In this document: positions 11,709 to 21,622 of the stretch, in pieces
Position numbering within the stretch: position 1 is the first letter of the stretch
Layout: each line of letters starts with the position of its first letter
Program-made: the position numbers and the translations under genes
The notes under the pieces: generated by a model
Told to the model about the DNA's origin: nothing
Seen by the model: the letters and a program-made list of their open reading frames with translations, nothing else
Databases searched by the model: none
Assembly (NCBI RefSeq): GCF_001194135.2
Contig: NC_068984.1
Coordinates: 75,646,859 to 75,684,381, forward strand
DNA length: 37,523 bases
Source of the DNA: Octopus bimaculoides
Lineage: Eukaryota
Direction of reading: 5' to 3'

Positions 11709-12305
11709 GTATGTATGTACGTACGTATGTATGTATGGATGCATGCATGTATGTATGTATGTATGTATGTATGTATGTATGTATGCATGCATGTTTCTAT
11801 GTATGCATTTGACCAGGTTTAAAACATATGTAAAGTGGCTAACCGAAAACAATTTTTAAACGTAGAAAAGTCATTTGTATCAGGGAAAACATCGGAAAGG
11901 GAAAGAAACCTGATAGTTTAACTATTACAGCCATGTTGTAAGAACAGAGTAGGGTATTTGATAGCTATGGTAATAACTCTGCAGATGTTTCAGTTTTACT
12001 AGACCTCGTTAGCGAAACATAGCACTCTTGCAACTACCAAAACCTTAAAGCGATTAATAAATAAGTTTTTAGAATCAAAACATTTCACTTATTGCTGAAT
12101 AAAAATAGTGACGTTAGAAAATTTCCCAATTAAGCTTTCTGCTTGAAGATCATATAATTAAGTGCACATAATATGTTAAACGGAAAATAATCTTGAACCT
12201 ATGGAAATTTTTACAGCGTACACATATATACGCAAAGGTACACTGATACATACAGTTGTATATCGTGCATGTATGTATGCGTGTGTGTACATACATACAC
12301 ACATC

Positions 12306-12525
12306 ATGAGGATATGCTGAAAGGTTCCTGGGTTTAAAGGTGTCGCGAAAGGCCTGGTTGGAGGCCCGACCTTCCGACTTCTTTTGCAGTGCTTAGAAAA
12401 ACTGAAGGACCACTGTAATAAGTTTGTGAACCTGAGAGGCGAATATGTTGAATAATATCATGATTAACTACTCCCCCAGTATTTTCTTTTACCCGAAGTC
12501 AAGAACTTTCAGCACCCCACTCGTA
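12306..12525 (+). mobile_element. Tc1/mariner-derived MITE
   Basis: Terminal inverted repeats tgaggatatgctgaaaggttcctgg ... caagaactttcagcaccccactcgta. The interior encodes the mariner C-terminus NLRGEYVE*. Confidence 0.85.
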
Positions 12526-12635
12526 TATATATATCTGAGTACACGCAGTCTGGTGGTTAAGGAATTGCCTTCAAGATTCCTGGACCGTGCCTATGTCTAA
12601 TTCTTAGTTTTGGTTGAAGTAAAGGTGGAACAACT

Positions 12636-12680
12636 GCTGTGCTGATGATGTCATTTGAAGCAGAAACACGTGTCCTCAGC
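12636..12680 (+). ncRNA. Candidate minimal type I hammerhead ribozyme
   Basis: gctgtg-CTGATGA-tgtcatttgaagca-GAAAC-acgt-GTC-ctcagc. Stem I pairs 5 of 6, stem III is the palindrome ACACGTGT, the triplet is GUC, and stem II is weak. Confidence 0.6.
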
Positions 12681-13394
12681 TTTTTGCTGTCATTTTAATG
12701 GCATCATGATTTAGAAGATAGATTGTTGATTCCTTGAAATTATTTACCCTTGTAATACGCAGTGAGTTGCAATTACCGTTAGGTGTTTGTTTGCCTTTTC
12801 TGGGGGAGGAAGTAGTTTCAATAAATCACGAATTTATGATGCATGATATTTACTATACTTTTTGTTTTTGTCATTTCTTTCGCTGTTGAATTCATGCCAC
12901 TGGCAACTCTGAGTTATTTCTCTCGACTAATTTTTGTTAAATACGCGTGTGTATGTATTGAGTATGTGCGAGAGTGTACGTATGTGTGTGTGCGTGTATA
13001 TGTGCGCGCGTGTGTAAGATGGAAAGATATCTAGAGACAGACATTGAAGGGTGGGAAATGTGTTGGCTTAAATAAATACATAAACAAAATGAATAGACCA
13101 AGATAGGATATTGTTTGTTTTCTGGAAGGATAGTATACACATGACTAATTGTGCGTATGTGTGTGCTCGTGCGAGTGGCGCATGTGTGTAGCTATGTGCG
13201 TGTTTGTATGGTGAGATGTGGTTGGATGGCTGTTAGCGTGCATTATGTATTATTTATATCATTTTGAATGGTATAAACATTTCATCTTAATAGTAAAAAC
13301 TTCTGCACACACAAGCACTCTCCTCTTACGCACACAACACTTACAAATACTAAAAATATTAATAGAGAATGAAAAGAAGGCTATATATATATAC

Positions 13395-13426
<32 letters not shown>

Positions 13427-14006
13427 NNNNNNNNNNNNNNNNNNNNNNNNNNNNNNNNNNNNNNNNNNNNNNNNNNNNNNNNNNNNNNNNNNNNNNNNNN
13501 NNNNNNNNNNNNNNNNNNNNNNNNNNNNNNNNNNNNNNNNNNNNNNNNNNNNNNNNNNNNNNNNNNNNNNNNNNNNNNNNNNNNNNNNNNNNNNNNNNNN
13601 NNNNNNNNNNNNNNNNNNNNNNNNNNNNNNNNNNNNNNNNNNNNNNNNNNNNNNNNNNNNNNNNNNNNNNNNNNNNNNNNNNNNNNNNNNNNNNNNNNNN
13701 NNNNNNNNNNNNNNNNNNNNNNNNNNNNNNNNNNNNNNNNNNNNNNNNNNNNNNNNNNNNNNNNNNNNNNNNNNNNNNNNNNNNNNNNNNNNNNNNNNNN
13801 NNNNNNNNNNNNNNNNNNNNNNNNNNNNNNNNNNNNNNNNNNNNNNNNNNNNNNNNNNNNNNNNNNNNNNNNNNNNNNNNNNNNNNNNNNNNNNNNNNNN
13901 NNNNNNNNNNNNNNNNNNNNNNNNNNNNNNNNNNNNNNNNNNNNNNNNNNNNNNNNNNNNNNNNNNNNNNNNNNNNNNNNNNNNNNNNNNNNNNNNNNNN
14001 NNNNNN
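13427..14006. other. Assembly gap flanked by (TA)n
   Basis: N run. Confidence 1.
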
Positions 14007-15436
14007 TATATATATATATATATAAGTATATATAAGTATATGTGTGTCTGTACGTATTATATATTGTGTATATGTGTGTATGTGTATGCGCGTGTGTATA
14101 TATTATACGTATGTATAAATGTATGTATACATACACATGCATCTCACACATACGCGTACGTATGCGTGTATGTTTGTGTGTGTATTTGTGTGTATCTGTC
14201 CGCTTATGTATGTATCTATGTATGCGTGTATCTATGTAGATATATACTTCTTTTTAAAAAAATCCAATAATCTTAAAAACTTCCAATCCCTTATATACAC
14301 ACCGTACTTATTCCTACTCGGAAAAAACATAAAAAATTACGATAAAATGTAATCTATAATTCTGCTTTATAAGCTGCTGTTTAAATACATTTGATAGTGC
14401 TATTGTTTATTTTTGCTGTTGTTGTTTGTATTTTTCTGCTTTTTTTTTTCATTTTTTTTTTTTTACTCTTGTTCTTGTTGTTGTCTTGTAAACAGTTTCA
14501 GGGAATAGAAAACTAGATGAAATTATTGAAACACGTCAATTTTAAAGATATTGTGTTTGTAATACAGTATAATAATACTTTTAATATATATCTAGTAGTA
14601 TATACACAAGGAAAATATAGCATTCAGTTGAAAACGTGGAGGTTAGTGTAGTGTGTATGTGTTAGAAGTTATGCAGTGTAATGTAATTGGGGGTAGCAGA
14701 AGACAGAGAATATTCGCTGAATCGTTAGAGCAGCGCAAAAATTTCGGAGTAATTTCGGAATAGAAGAAATGTAGAAACATTTTTCTTTTGTTATCCATAT
14801 TCCTGTGCTTCATACAACGATAATCATGTTTCTAAAAAATCATTTCTAAAAATTTCAATGTTTTACCTATTGATCGAGGGATTTATTAAGAGTTACGTTC
14901 CTTAGTTCATCGCCGGAACATTTACCTAAATTGCAGGAACGAGATTTTTAGCCCGTACCCACATGAGAGAAGGTATATATTATCTTACCAACGGGACCCA
15001 CCATGACTACAACTACTAGGTTCTACAGTCTGCCTCCCACTATTACATCTTGAGACCCTCAGGAAAGTTTTTAATATATGTTTATGAATTCATGAGCACA
15101 TATATGCATATACACTCAAACATGAGATAAAAAGTTCGGGAACCCATCCAGCAACAGTCAAAACAATTTTTTTACATATATACCAACGCCTAAACTCTCC
15201 GCTTTTGCATATTTTCGCCTACCGGACTCTTGCTACCTTGTAGCTAATCTGATGTTTGGGGACCAAGGAACATAATTATTGATAAATCCTTCGTTTCGTC
15301 TTTTTACACAGTACCTACAAATTGGATGTGACACATTTCATGACCAATAACATAGAGCAACCGGTATATATATATATATATATATATTTTATTAAAATGG
15401 GTGGACGGAAATTGTAGGGAATGCCGTCGGTTGGGT

Positions 15437-15666
15437 TACGAGGGGGTGCTGAAAGCTGAAAATTTCCTGGCTTTGGGCAAAAGAAAATACAGAAGGATCA
15501 GTTAATTATGATTTTTGTTCAACATATTCCCCTCTCAGATTCATACACTTATTGCAGTGGTCCTTCAGTTTTTCTAAGCCATATGAAAAAAGTCGGAAGG
15601 CTGGACCTCCAACCAAGCCTTTCGAGACACCCTTAAAGCCAAGAATTTTCCGCAACCCCTCATATA
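15437..15666 (-). mobile_element. Tc1/mariner-derived MITE, same family as 12306, opposite orientation
   Basis: tacgagggggtgctgaaa...ttcctggcttt and aaagccaagaattttccgcaacccctcata TIRs with TA ends. The minus strand encodes KCMNLRGEYVEQ. Confidence 0.88.
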
Positions 15667-16086
15667 ACTGTAATTGAAAACGGTACAGTCTTACAGTAAC
15701 GTAGCCAGAGTGCATACTACTCGTGGCACCCCTTAAATGTTCCATACCTCTCTCACTCATCTCACCCCTTAGCTTATGCAGGCTAATATAGCAGAACATC
15801 AAGTGCCACTCCAGTAAAAGCGTCACCTGAAACGGAAACTAACTTCTATACTGCAGCCCAGCTTTGTCATATACTACGTTATACTGATTCTGCCTAATAG
15901 GGATACAACGTACCTGTAGTGTACCTTACGCGTTAATTCGAAGAGCAGGTTACTCGGTTGATCAACGTTGAACGACAGGGATCCACCATATTTATATACA
16001 CACACATATATTACATGTATGTATAAATGTAGGCATTTATGCGGATAAACAAATTAAATATAACAGCTTGGGTTGATATACAATAA

Positions 16087-16087
<1 letters not shown>

Positions 16088-16168
<81 letters not shown>
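16088..16168. repeat. (TA)n(GA)n microsatellite
   Basis: Direct reading of the sequence. Confidence 0.95.
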
Positions 16169-16171
<3 letters not shown>

Positions 16172-16361
16172 TATACATGCAAAGAAAGCAACGACAGAAG
16201 GTTTTCAGGCGATGAATATGTAAGTATAAATATATACATATTTATATATCAATAGATCAAACTCGCACAACATATAAATGTATTTATACATACACAGATA
16301 TGTATGTATGTATGTATTATGTATGTATGTATGTATGTATTATGTATGTATGTATATGCAC

Positions 16362-16660
16362 GTGAAGGCGTGTGGCTAGTAATTACGGTGTTGCAATCAT
16401 GATCACAAGAACGTGGTTTCGAATTCCAGATCCGGCGATGCGCCTTATTCTTGGGCAAAACGCTTCATTTCTCGTTGCTCTACGATAAGTTCGACATCTA
16501 ACGTGTGACACGCCTTGCATTTGTACTCAGAATATCGATTTAATGAGTTAGATAATGTACAGCACAAACATTTGATTACTATAAACAAATCATATGAGCA
16601 GGTTGTTCAGCAACAAATTGCGAAACCCTCATCTCTCGCCTACGATAGGAAGGCCCGTGA
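16362..16660 (+). mobile_element. tRNA-derived SINE family 2, degenerate
   Basis: gtgaaggcgtgtggctagtaattacggtgttgc...ggtttcgaattcc...cttgggcaaaacgcttcatttc matches the head at 32771. Confidence 0.7.
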
Positions 16661-16822
16661 TGTAAGAGTGTAATTGTCACTAATTAAGTGAAAATCCTAA
16701 CTCACCACTTCAGATACTTTAACATCAAGAAACTTTAATTAAAGCACAAATTTATTGATCTTAAAAGGAAACCTAGCAATTATTTCAGTTGACATCACAA
16801 TGTGTGTGGGGGCGGGGAGGGC

Positions 16823-16855
<33 letters not shown>

Positions 16856-17179
16856 ATGCGTGCGCGCCTGTGTATGCATGCTCACACTTGTGTGTGTGTA
16901 ACTGTGTATGTGTGTACCTCTGTGAATATGTGTGTGTGCGGACGTGTTCACCAACTTCCAGACAATTCAGTTGTACATTTTTTTTTTAGTTAAAATTCTG
17001 AAATTGATTTTTAAAAATGTTGTTTGTAATTTTTTTAAAAACTGGATACTAAAAGAAAGCTAATACATTGCATTATAACGTCTAGTCTAAGATATGAAAT
17101 GTCATAAACATCTTCACTTTCTAGATTCCATACCAGTCGAACGTTTGCCCGCTATTTTACAAATCATACATCGAAAGAT

Positions 17180-17270
17180 TACATGTGCGTGTATGTGCGT
17201 ATGTGTGTAAAAATATATGTGTGTGTGTGTGTGTGCGTGTTTGTGTGTGTTTGTGCGTGTGTGTGTGTGC

Positions 17271-17310
<40 letters not shown>

Positions 17311-17473
17311 NNNNNNNNNNNNNNNNNNNNNNNNNNNNNNNNNNNNNNNNNNNNNNNNNNNNNNNNNNNNNNNNNNNNNNNNNNNNNNNNNNNNNNNNNN
17401 NNNNNNNNNNNNNNNNNNNNNNNNNNNNNNNNNNNNNNNNNNNNNNNNNNNNNNNNNNNNNNNNNNNNNNNNN

Positions 17474-17533
<60 letters not shown>

Positions 17534-17552
17534 TATCTGTCTGTCTGTCTGT
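17180..17552. repeat. (TG)n microsatellite with gap
   Basis: Direct reading of the sequence. Confidence 0.95.
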
Positions 17553-17596
17553 GTGCGTGTGAATAATATACGTATCTATGCATGTGTATTTTAGTT

Positions 17597-17800
17597 GTTT
17601 GTCTACCAACACGAGATGAAATCTGGTATGGGTTTCTTTACGTCCTTGCAACTTAGCGGTTCGGTGAAAGAAAAAGATAAAATAAATATCAAACTTTAAA
17701 CAAAAACACTAACTATTGGATTTGTTCGATTAAACCCTTCAAGGCACTGCCCCAGCATGGCCGCACTTCATTGATTGAATAAGAGACAAAAGATAAAGGA
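17597..17800 (+). mobile_element. SINE family 1 3' half, degenerate
   Basis: caacttagcggttcgg...gatttgttcgat...cccagcatggccgca. Confidence 0.8.
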
Positions 17801-18046
17801 CACACACACACACAATGGGTGAAAGTGAGAGTACGATGGAAAGAAATATATATGACGTGATATTGCTAAGCATAGATATTAAAGCTATGAATATTCATTG
17901 CGCAGTATCGTTTCTGATTGTGTTCAGAACCTAAGCCAAAACTGTCGACCTTTGCATAATAATCCAACGGAAGTTAGTTATATACATACATATACGCTCG
18001 TATAAACGCACAAATACACGATCAAAAACCCATACAATCACGAGCG

Positions 18047-18132
<86 letters not shown>

Positions 18133-18191
18133 CACTCACATGTGTGTGTGCTTCTGTGTGTATACATATATTCATACATATATTAATCTAA

Positions 18192-18252
<61 letters not shown>

Positions 18253-18446
18253 CATAAATCTTCCTTGAATACATATAACCTCTTGTGTATAATTTGTATA
18301 GATTTGTGACTATGTGAATCTATATGCAAACGTTTAAATACGTACATAAGTGGGCGCGTGCAGGAAGTTCTTTGGCCGTGTGTGTCTGTGCGTGTGATGT
18401 GTTGTGTATGGAATAGAAGTCATCTAGACAGAATTTAGATATATAC

Positions 18447-18491
<45 letters not shown>

Positions 18492-18525
18492 AAGCACCAG
18501 CAGCAATAGTGGTGGTGGTAGTGGT

Positions 18526-18858
18526 GGTGGTAGACGTGTTCTTCGATTGAAAGAGATCTCAGTGGCATTGATCATAATTACATTATACGCCGACATATAA
18601 GTATACGTATGAGTGTATATGTATGTATATATATAATACAAATAATATGTGAGTATATGCATTTATACGTACATGTATGTACATACCTACATCTACATGT
18701 ATATATAGATGCATATCTGGGCACAGGACGTCACAAAAAAATGTGGACAAAATGAAAAACAGAACATAAACAGAGCACAGAAAACACACAGGCCACATCG
18801 AGAACATTTCCTTCATCAGCTGCCACCATACTAAACTAAGCGTTTCGAAGAGTTAGGG
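18526..18858 (-). mobile_element. Possible Penelope-like pseudo-LTR fragment with imperfect inverted ends
   Basis: Minus strand carries ctcttcGAAACgc and ggtggcagCTGATGAagg. The ends ggtggtag..tgttcttcgat and atcgagaacat..ctgccacc are inverted. Confidence 0.4.
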
Positions 18859-18889
18859 CAATATATGTGTGTTTGTGTGCGTGTGTCTT

Positions 18890-19110
18890 TATGTCTGTGT
18901 TCACCCACCACTATCGCTTGACAACCGACGTTGGTGTGTTTACGTCCCCGTAACTTAGCGGTTCGACAAAAGTGACCGATAGGATAAGTTCTATGCTTAA
19001 AAATAAGTCCTGAGGTCGATTTGTTCGACTAAAATCCTTCAAGGTGGTGCTCCAGCATGGCCGCAGTCAAATGACTGAACAAATAAAAGAATAAGACAAT
19101 AAAACAATAA
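18890..19110 (+). mobile_element. SINE family 1 3' half
   Basis: tcgcttgacaaccgacgttggtgtgtttacgtccccgtaacttagcggttcg...gtgctccagcatggccgcagtcaaatgactgaa. Confidence 0.92.
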
Positions 19111-19126
19111 AACAATACATGCATAC

Positions 19127-19162
<36 letters not shown>

Positions 19163-19545
19163 TGGGGGGGCGGAGAAGAAGCAAACATAGAAGGAACGAA
19201 CAAACTAAAGAAAGAAAGAGAGAAAGAAAGAAAGAAACTCCAAGAAGACAGGAGGCGGCCTGAGCTGTCGGCAACACATATTTTAAAAAACCGACGGAAA
19301 GAGCAAACTGAGATTTCCGTGGGATGTGGCTTATCCCCCTTTCCGAAGAGTCTTTCTTCAAGGTTAAGTTGAGAAGAGGGAAACAGAAAAGATAACAGTG
19401 TTTTACGTCCTCTAAGCTGCTATCAGTTGTTCAACGAGAGAGGATTTAAAACTGCTAATCATTCCTTTTTTTCTTTCTTGTTATCTTAGAAGGACTCTGT
19501 CCACAACGTTGAATACTCGCACAATTTCACGATACTCTTTCTATC

Positions 19546-19621
<76 letters not shown>

Positions 19622-19695
19622 NNNNNNNNNNCTGTTTCTTTCTTTCGCTTTCTCTCTCTCAGTCTCTCTTTATATTTTTGCGTATTTGCTTATAT

Positions 19696-19731
<36 letters not shown>

Positions 19732-19734
<3 letters not shown>

Positions 19735-20170
19735 GGTAAGATTATTAATAATAATAATTTTACCAAGTAGTCAGTACGTTAAAAAAACCTTTTATGTAAA
19801 TTATACAAAATATTCTATAATTATATACTTAATTATAATGAGGGGTCAGCTAATTGCCTCGCCACATACTGAATTAGAAATAGACGCTAATGTCTTTTCA
19901 ACTACCATAAAAACTCCGAGAGAAATAACACATTTTTTTAATGTAGGCAAAAGGGCAAATGATGAATCAATTCGACCGCGGTTAATTACAGACGCGTTTC
20001 GAACTTCAAGTAAAACATAATTACCTATTGTTCTCATCAGTGTAATATTCAAATATAAATTTGCAAGTGCTGGAATAAATATGCACGCGATCAGGCGTCA
20101 TCGCATGACTGATATTTAACCACACTTCCAAAGATATACAGTCGAGTGTGATTCATATTTAACCTTTATA
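19732..20170 (-). mobile_element. Unit A: Penelope-like pseudo-LTR-type repeat, copy 1, carrying a hammerhead ribozyme
   Basis: Repeated directly at 20571-21195 and inverted at 21201-21576. It contains a complete HHR on the minus strand; the PLE class is inferred from the HHR type. Confidence 0.75.
19985..20046 (-). ncRNA. Type I hammerhead ribozyme, canonical core
   Basis: Minus strand ATTACA-CTGATGA-GAAC-(25 nt)-GTTC-GAAAC-GC-GTC-TGTAAT: 6-bp stem I, 4-bp stem II, palindromic ACGCGT stem III and GUC triplet. Predicted cut between 19991 and 19990. Confidence 0.85.
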
Positions 20171-20544
20171 ACCACGTGCGTGAAACGACCTATCCCGCAG
20201 AAAACTGCAATTTCGATCATGGAATGACGTGTCACGTGACAACTTGCTGGGCAGTCTGCTGGAGCCTAGCAGCAGGTATAAAAAGGGGAATTTGATAAGA
20301 CAGTCAGTCGGACGCTGACACTCGTTGATGCTGCATCGAAGAGGCCAGGGAATAGAAGAAAGAAGACATGCACCCAACACCAGAGCTGAAGACACCTCCG
20401 AAAGTGGGGGGGCACGTCAAAACGGTAGAGGAGTAGGGGCCGAAACCGGACGTGGTTCCTCCTGATGATGTCTTGAGCTAACTGGATCCTATAAAGGAGC
20501 TGTTGTGGTAGCAGACCACGAAACATGGTTGAAATTCCTCCACT
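20171..20544 (+). mobile_element. Unit B: LTR/pseudo-LTR-like cassette (promoter plus HHR-like motifs), truncated by a gap
   Basis: GC-richer block with TATA and Inr and two CTGANGA...GAAAC pairs. Confidence 0.5.
20225..20310 (+). promoter_or_regulatory. Candidate Pol II core promoter: TGACGT and TGTCACGTGACA, then TATAAAA, then Inr TCAGTC
   Basis: TATA starts at 20277 and Inr TCAGTC is at 20304-20309 (+1 A at 20306, 29 nt after the TATA T). A perfect 12-bp E-box palindrome lies at 20230-20241. Confidence 0.5.
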
Positions 20545-20953
20545 NNNNNNNNNNNNNNNNNNNNNNNNTGTAGGGTAAGACTATTAATAATGATAATTTT
20601 ACCAAGTAGTCAGTGCGTTAAAAAAATCTTTTAGGTAAATTATGCAAAGTATTCTATAATTATATACATAATTATAATGAGAGATCAGCTAATTGCCTTG
20701 CCACGTACTGAATTAGAAATAGATGCTAATGCTTTTCAACTACCATAAAAACTCCGAGAAAAATGACACACTTTTTTGAATGGAGGCAAAGGGAAAACGA
20801 TGAATCATATCGACCGCGGTTAATTACAAACGTGTTTCGAATTTAAAGTAAAGCATAATTACCTATTGTTCTATATTTAAGAGATGAAGAATTATGTACA
20901 TCATTTACATTATTTATATTCGACGGATATTCGTCCTCATCTTGTTTGTTGTT

Positions 20954-20999
20954 AACACAACGTCTCGGCTGATATACCCTCCAGCCTTCTTCAGGTGTC
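20954..20999 (-). ncRNA. Hammerhead-like motif with core variant GAGA (probably inactive)
   Basis: gacac-CTGAAGA-a-ggctg-gagggtatat-cagcc-GAGAC-GTT-gtgtt. Confidence 0.6.
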
Positions 21000-21044
21000 T
21001 TGGGGTATCTTAGGAATGAGAACCCAGGTTCGAAATTTCCCCAA

Positions 21045-21090
21045 GACACCTGAAGAAGGCTGGAGGGTATATCAGCCGAGATGTTGTGTT
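21045..21090 (+). ncRNA. Hammerhead-like motif with core variant GAGAT (probably inactive)
   Basis: gacac-CTGAAGA-a-ggctg-gagggtatat-cagcc-GAGAT-GTT-gtgtt. Confidence 0.55.
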
Positions 21091-21200
21091 AACAACAAAC
21101 AAGATGAGGACGAAAATCCGTCAAATGTAAATAATGTAAATAATAATTACTTATTGTTCTGATCAGTGTAATATCCAAATATAAATTTGCAAGTGTGTAG

Positions 21201-21575
21201 TATAAAGGTATAAATATGAAGGTTAAATAGGAATCACACTCGACAGTCTATCTTTGGAAGTGTGGTTAAATATTAGACGAGCAATGACGCCTGATCGCGT
21301 GCATATTTATTCCAGCACTTGCAAATTTATATTTGGGTATTACACTGATGAGAACAATAGGTAATTATGTTTTACTTTAAGTTCGAAACGCGTTTGTAAT
21401 TAACCGCGGTCGAATTAATTCTTCATTTTCCCTTTTGCTTACATTAAAAAAGTGTGTTATTTTTCTCGGAGTTTTTATGGTAGTTGAAAAGACATTAGCG
21501 TCTATTTCTAATTCAGTACGTAGCGAGGCAATTAGCTGACCCCTCATTATAATTAGGAATATAATTATAGAATAT

Positions 21576-21576
<1 letters not shown>
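21201..21576 (+). mobile_element. Unit A copy 3, inverted relative to copies 1 and 2
   Basis: Reverse complement of most of 19732-20170; ends at a (TA)/(TG) microsatellite. Confidence 0.85.
21339..21400 (+). ncRNA. Type I hammerhead ribozyme, GUU triplet
   Basis: ATTACA-CTGATGA-GAAC-(25 nt)-GTTC-GAAAC-GC-GTT-TGTAAT. Confidence 0.78.

Positions 21577-21622
<46 letters not shown>

Larger units (their letters stand above)
20868..21142. mobile_element. Element P: palindromic Penelope-like insertion
   Basis: 103-bp inverted arms at 20903-21005 and 21039-21141 with a 33-bp spacer. Flanked by an 18-bp duplication ataattacYtattgttct at 20855-20872 and 21143-21160. Confidence 0.8.
20571..21195 (-). 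mobile_element. Unit A copy 2, interrupted by element P
   Basis: 20571-20872 and 21143-21195 are collinear with unit A; the HHR core is mutated (CTGATCA). Confidence 0.8.

Noticed and set aside
15110-15370. Possible second mariner/Tc1 MITE (tacactc...aaaagttcggg start)
   Set aside because: I could not find a matching inverted terminus.
19029-19361. 110-aa minus-strand ORF with a GC-richer N-terminal part
   Set aside because: Most of it runs through a (GAAA) low-complexity tract and a SINE tail, with no recognisable domain.
19732-20872. The idea that unit A copies 1 and 2 are one locus duplicated by the assembler across the gap
   Set aside because: The copies differ at many scattered positions and have different right-hand neighbours. 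Long reads are still needed to confirm adjacency.
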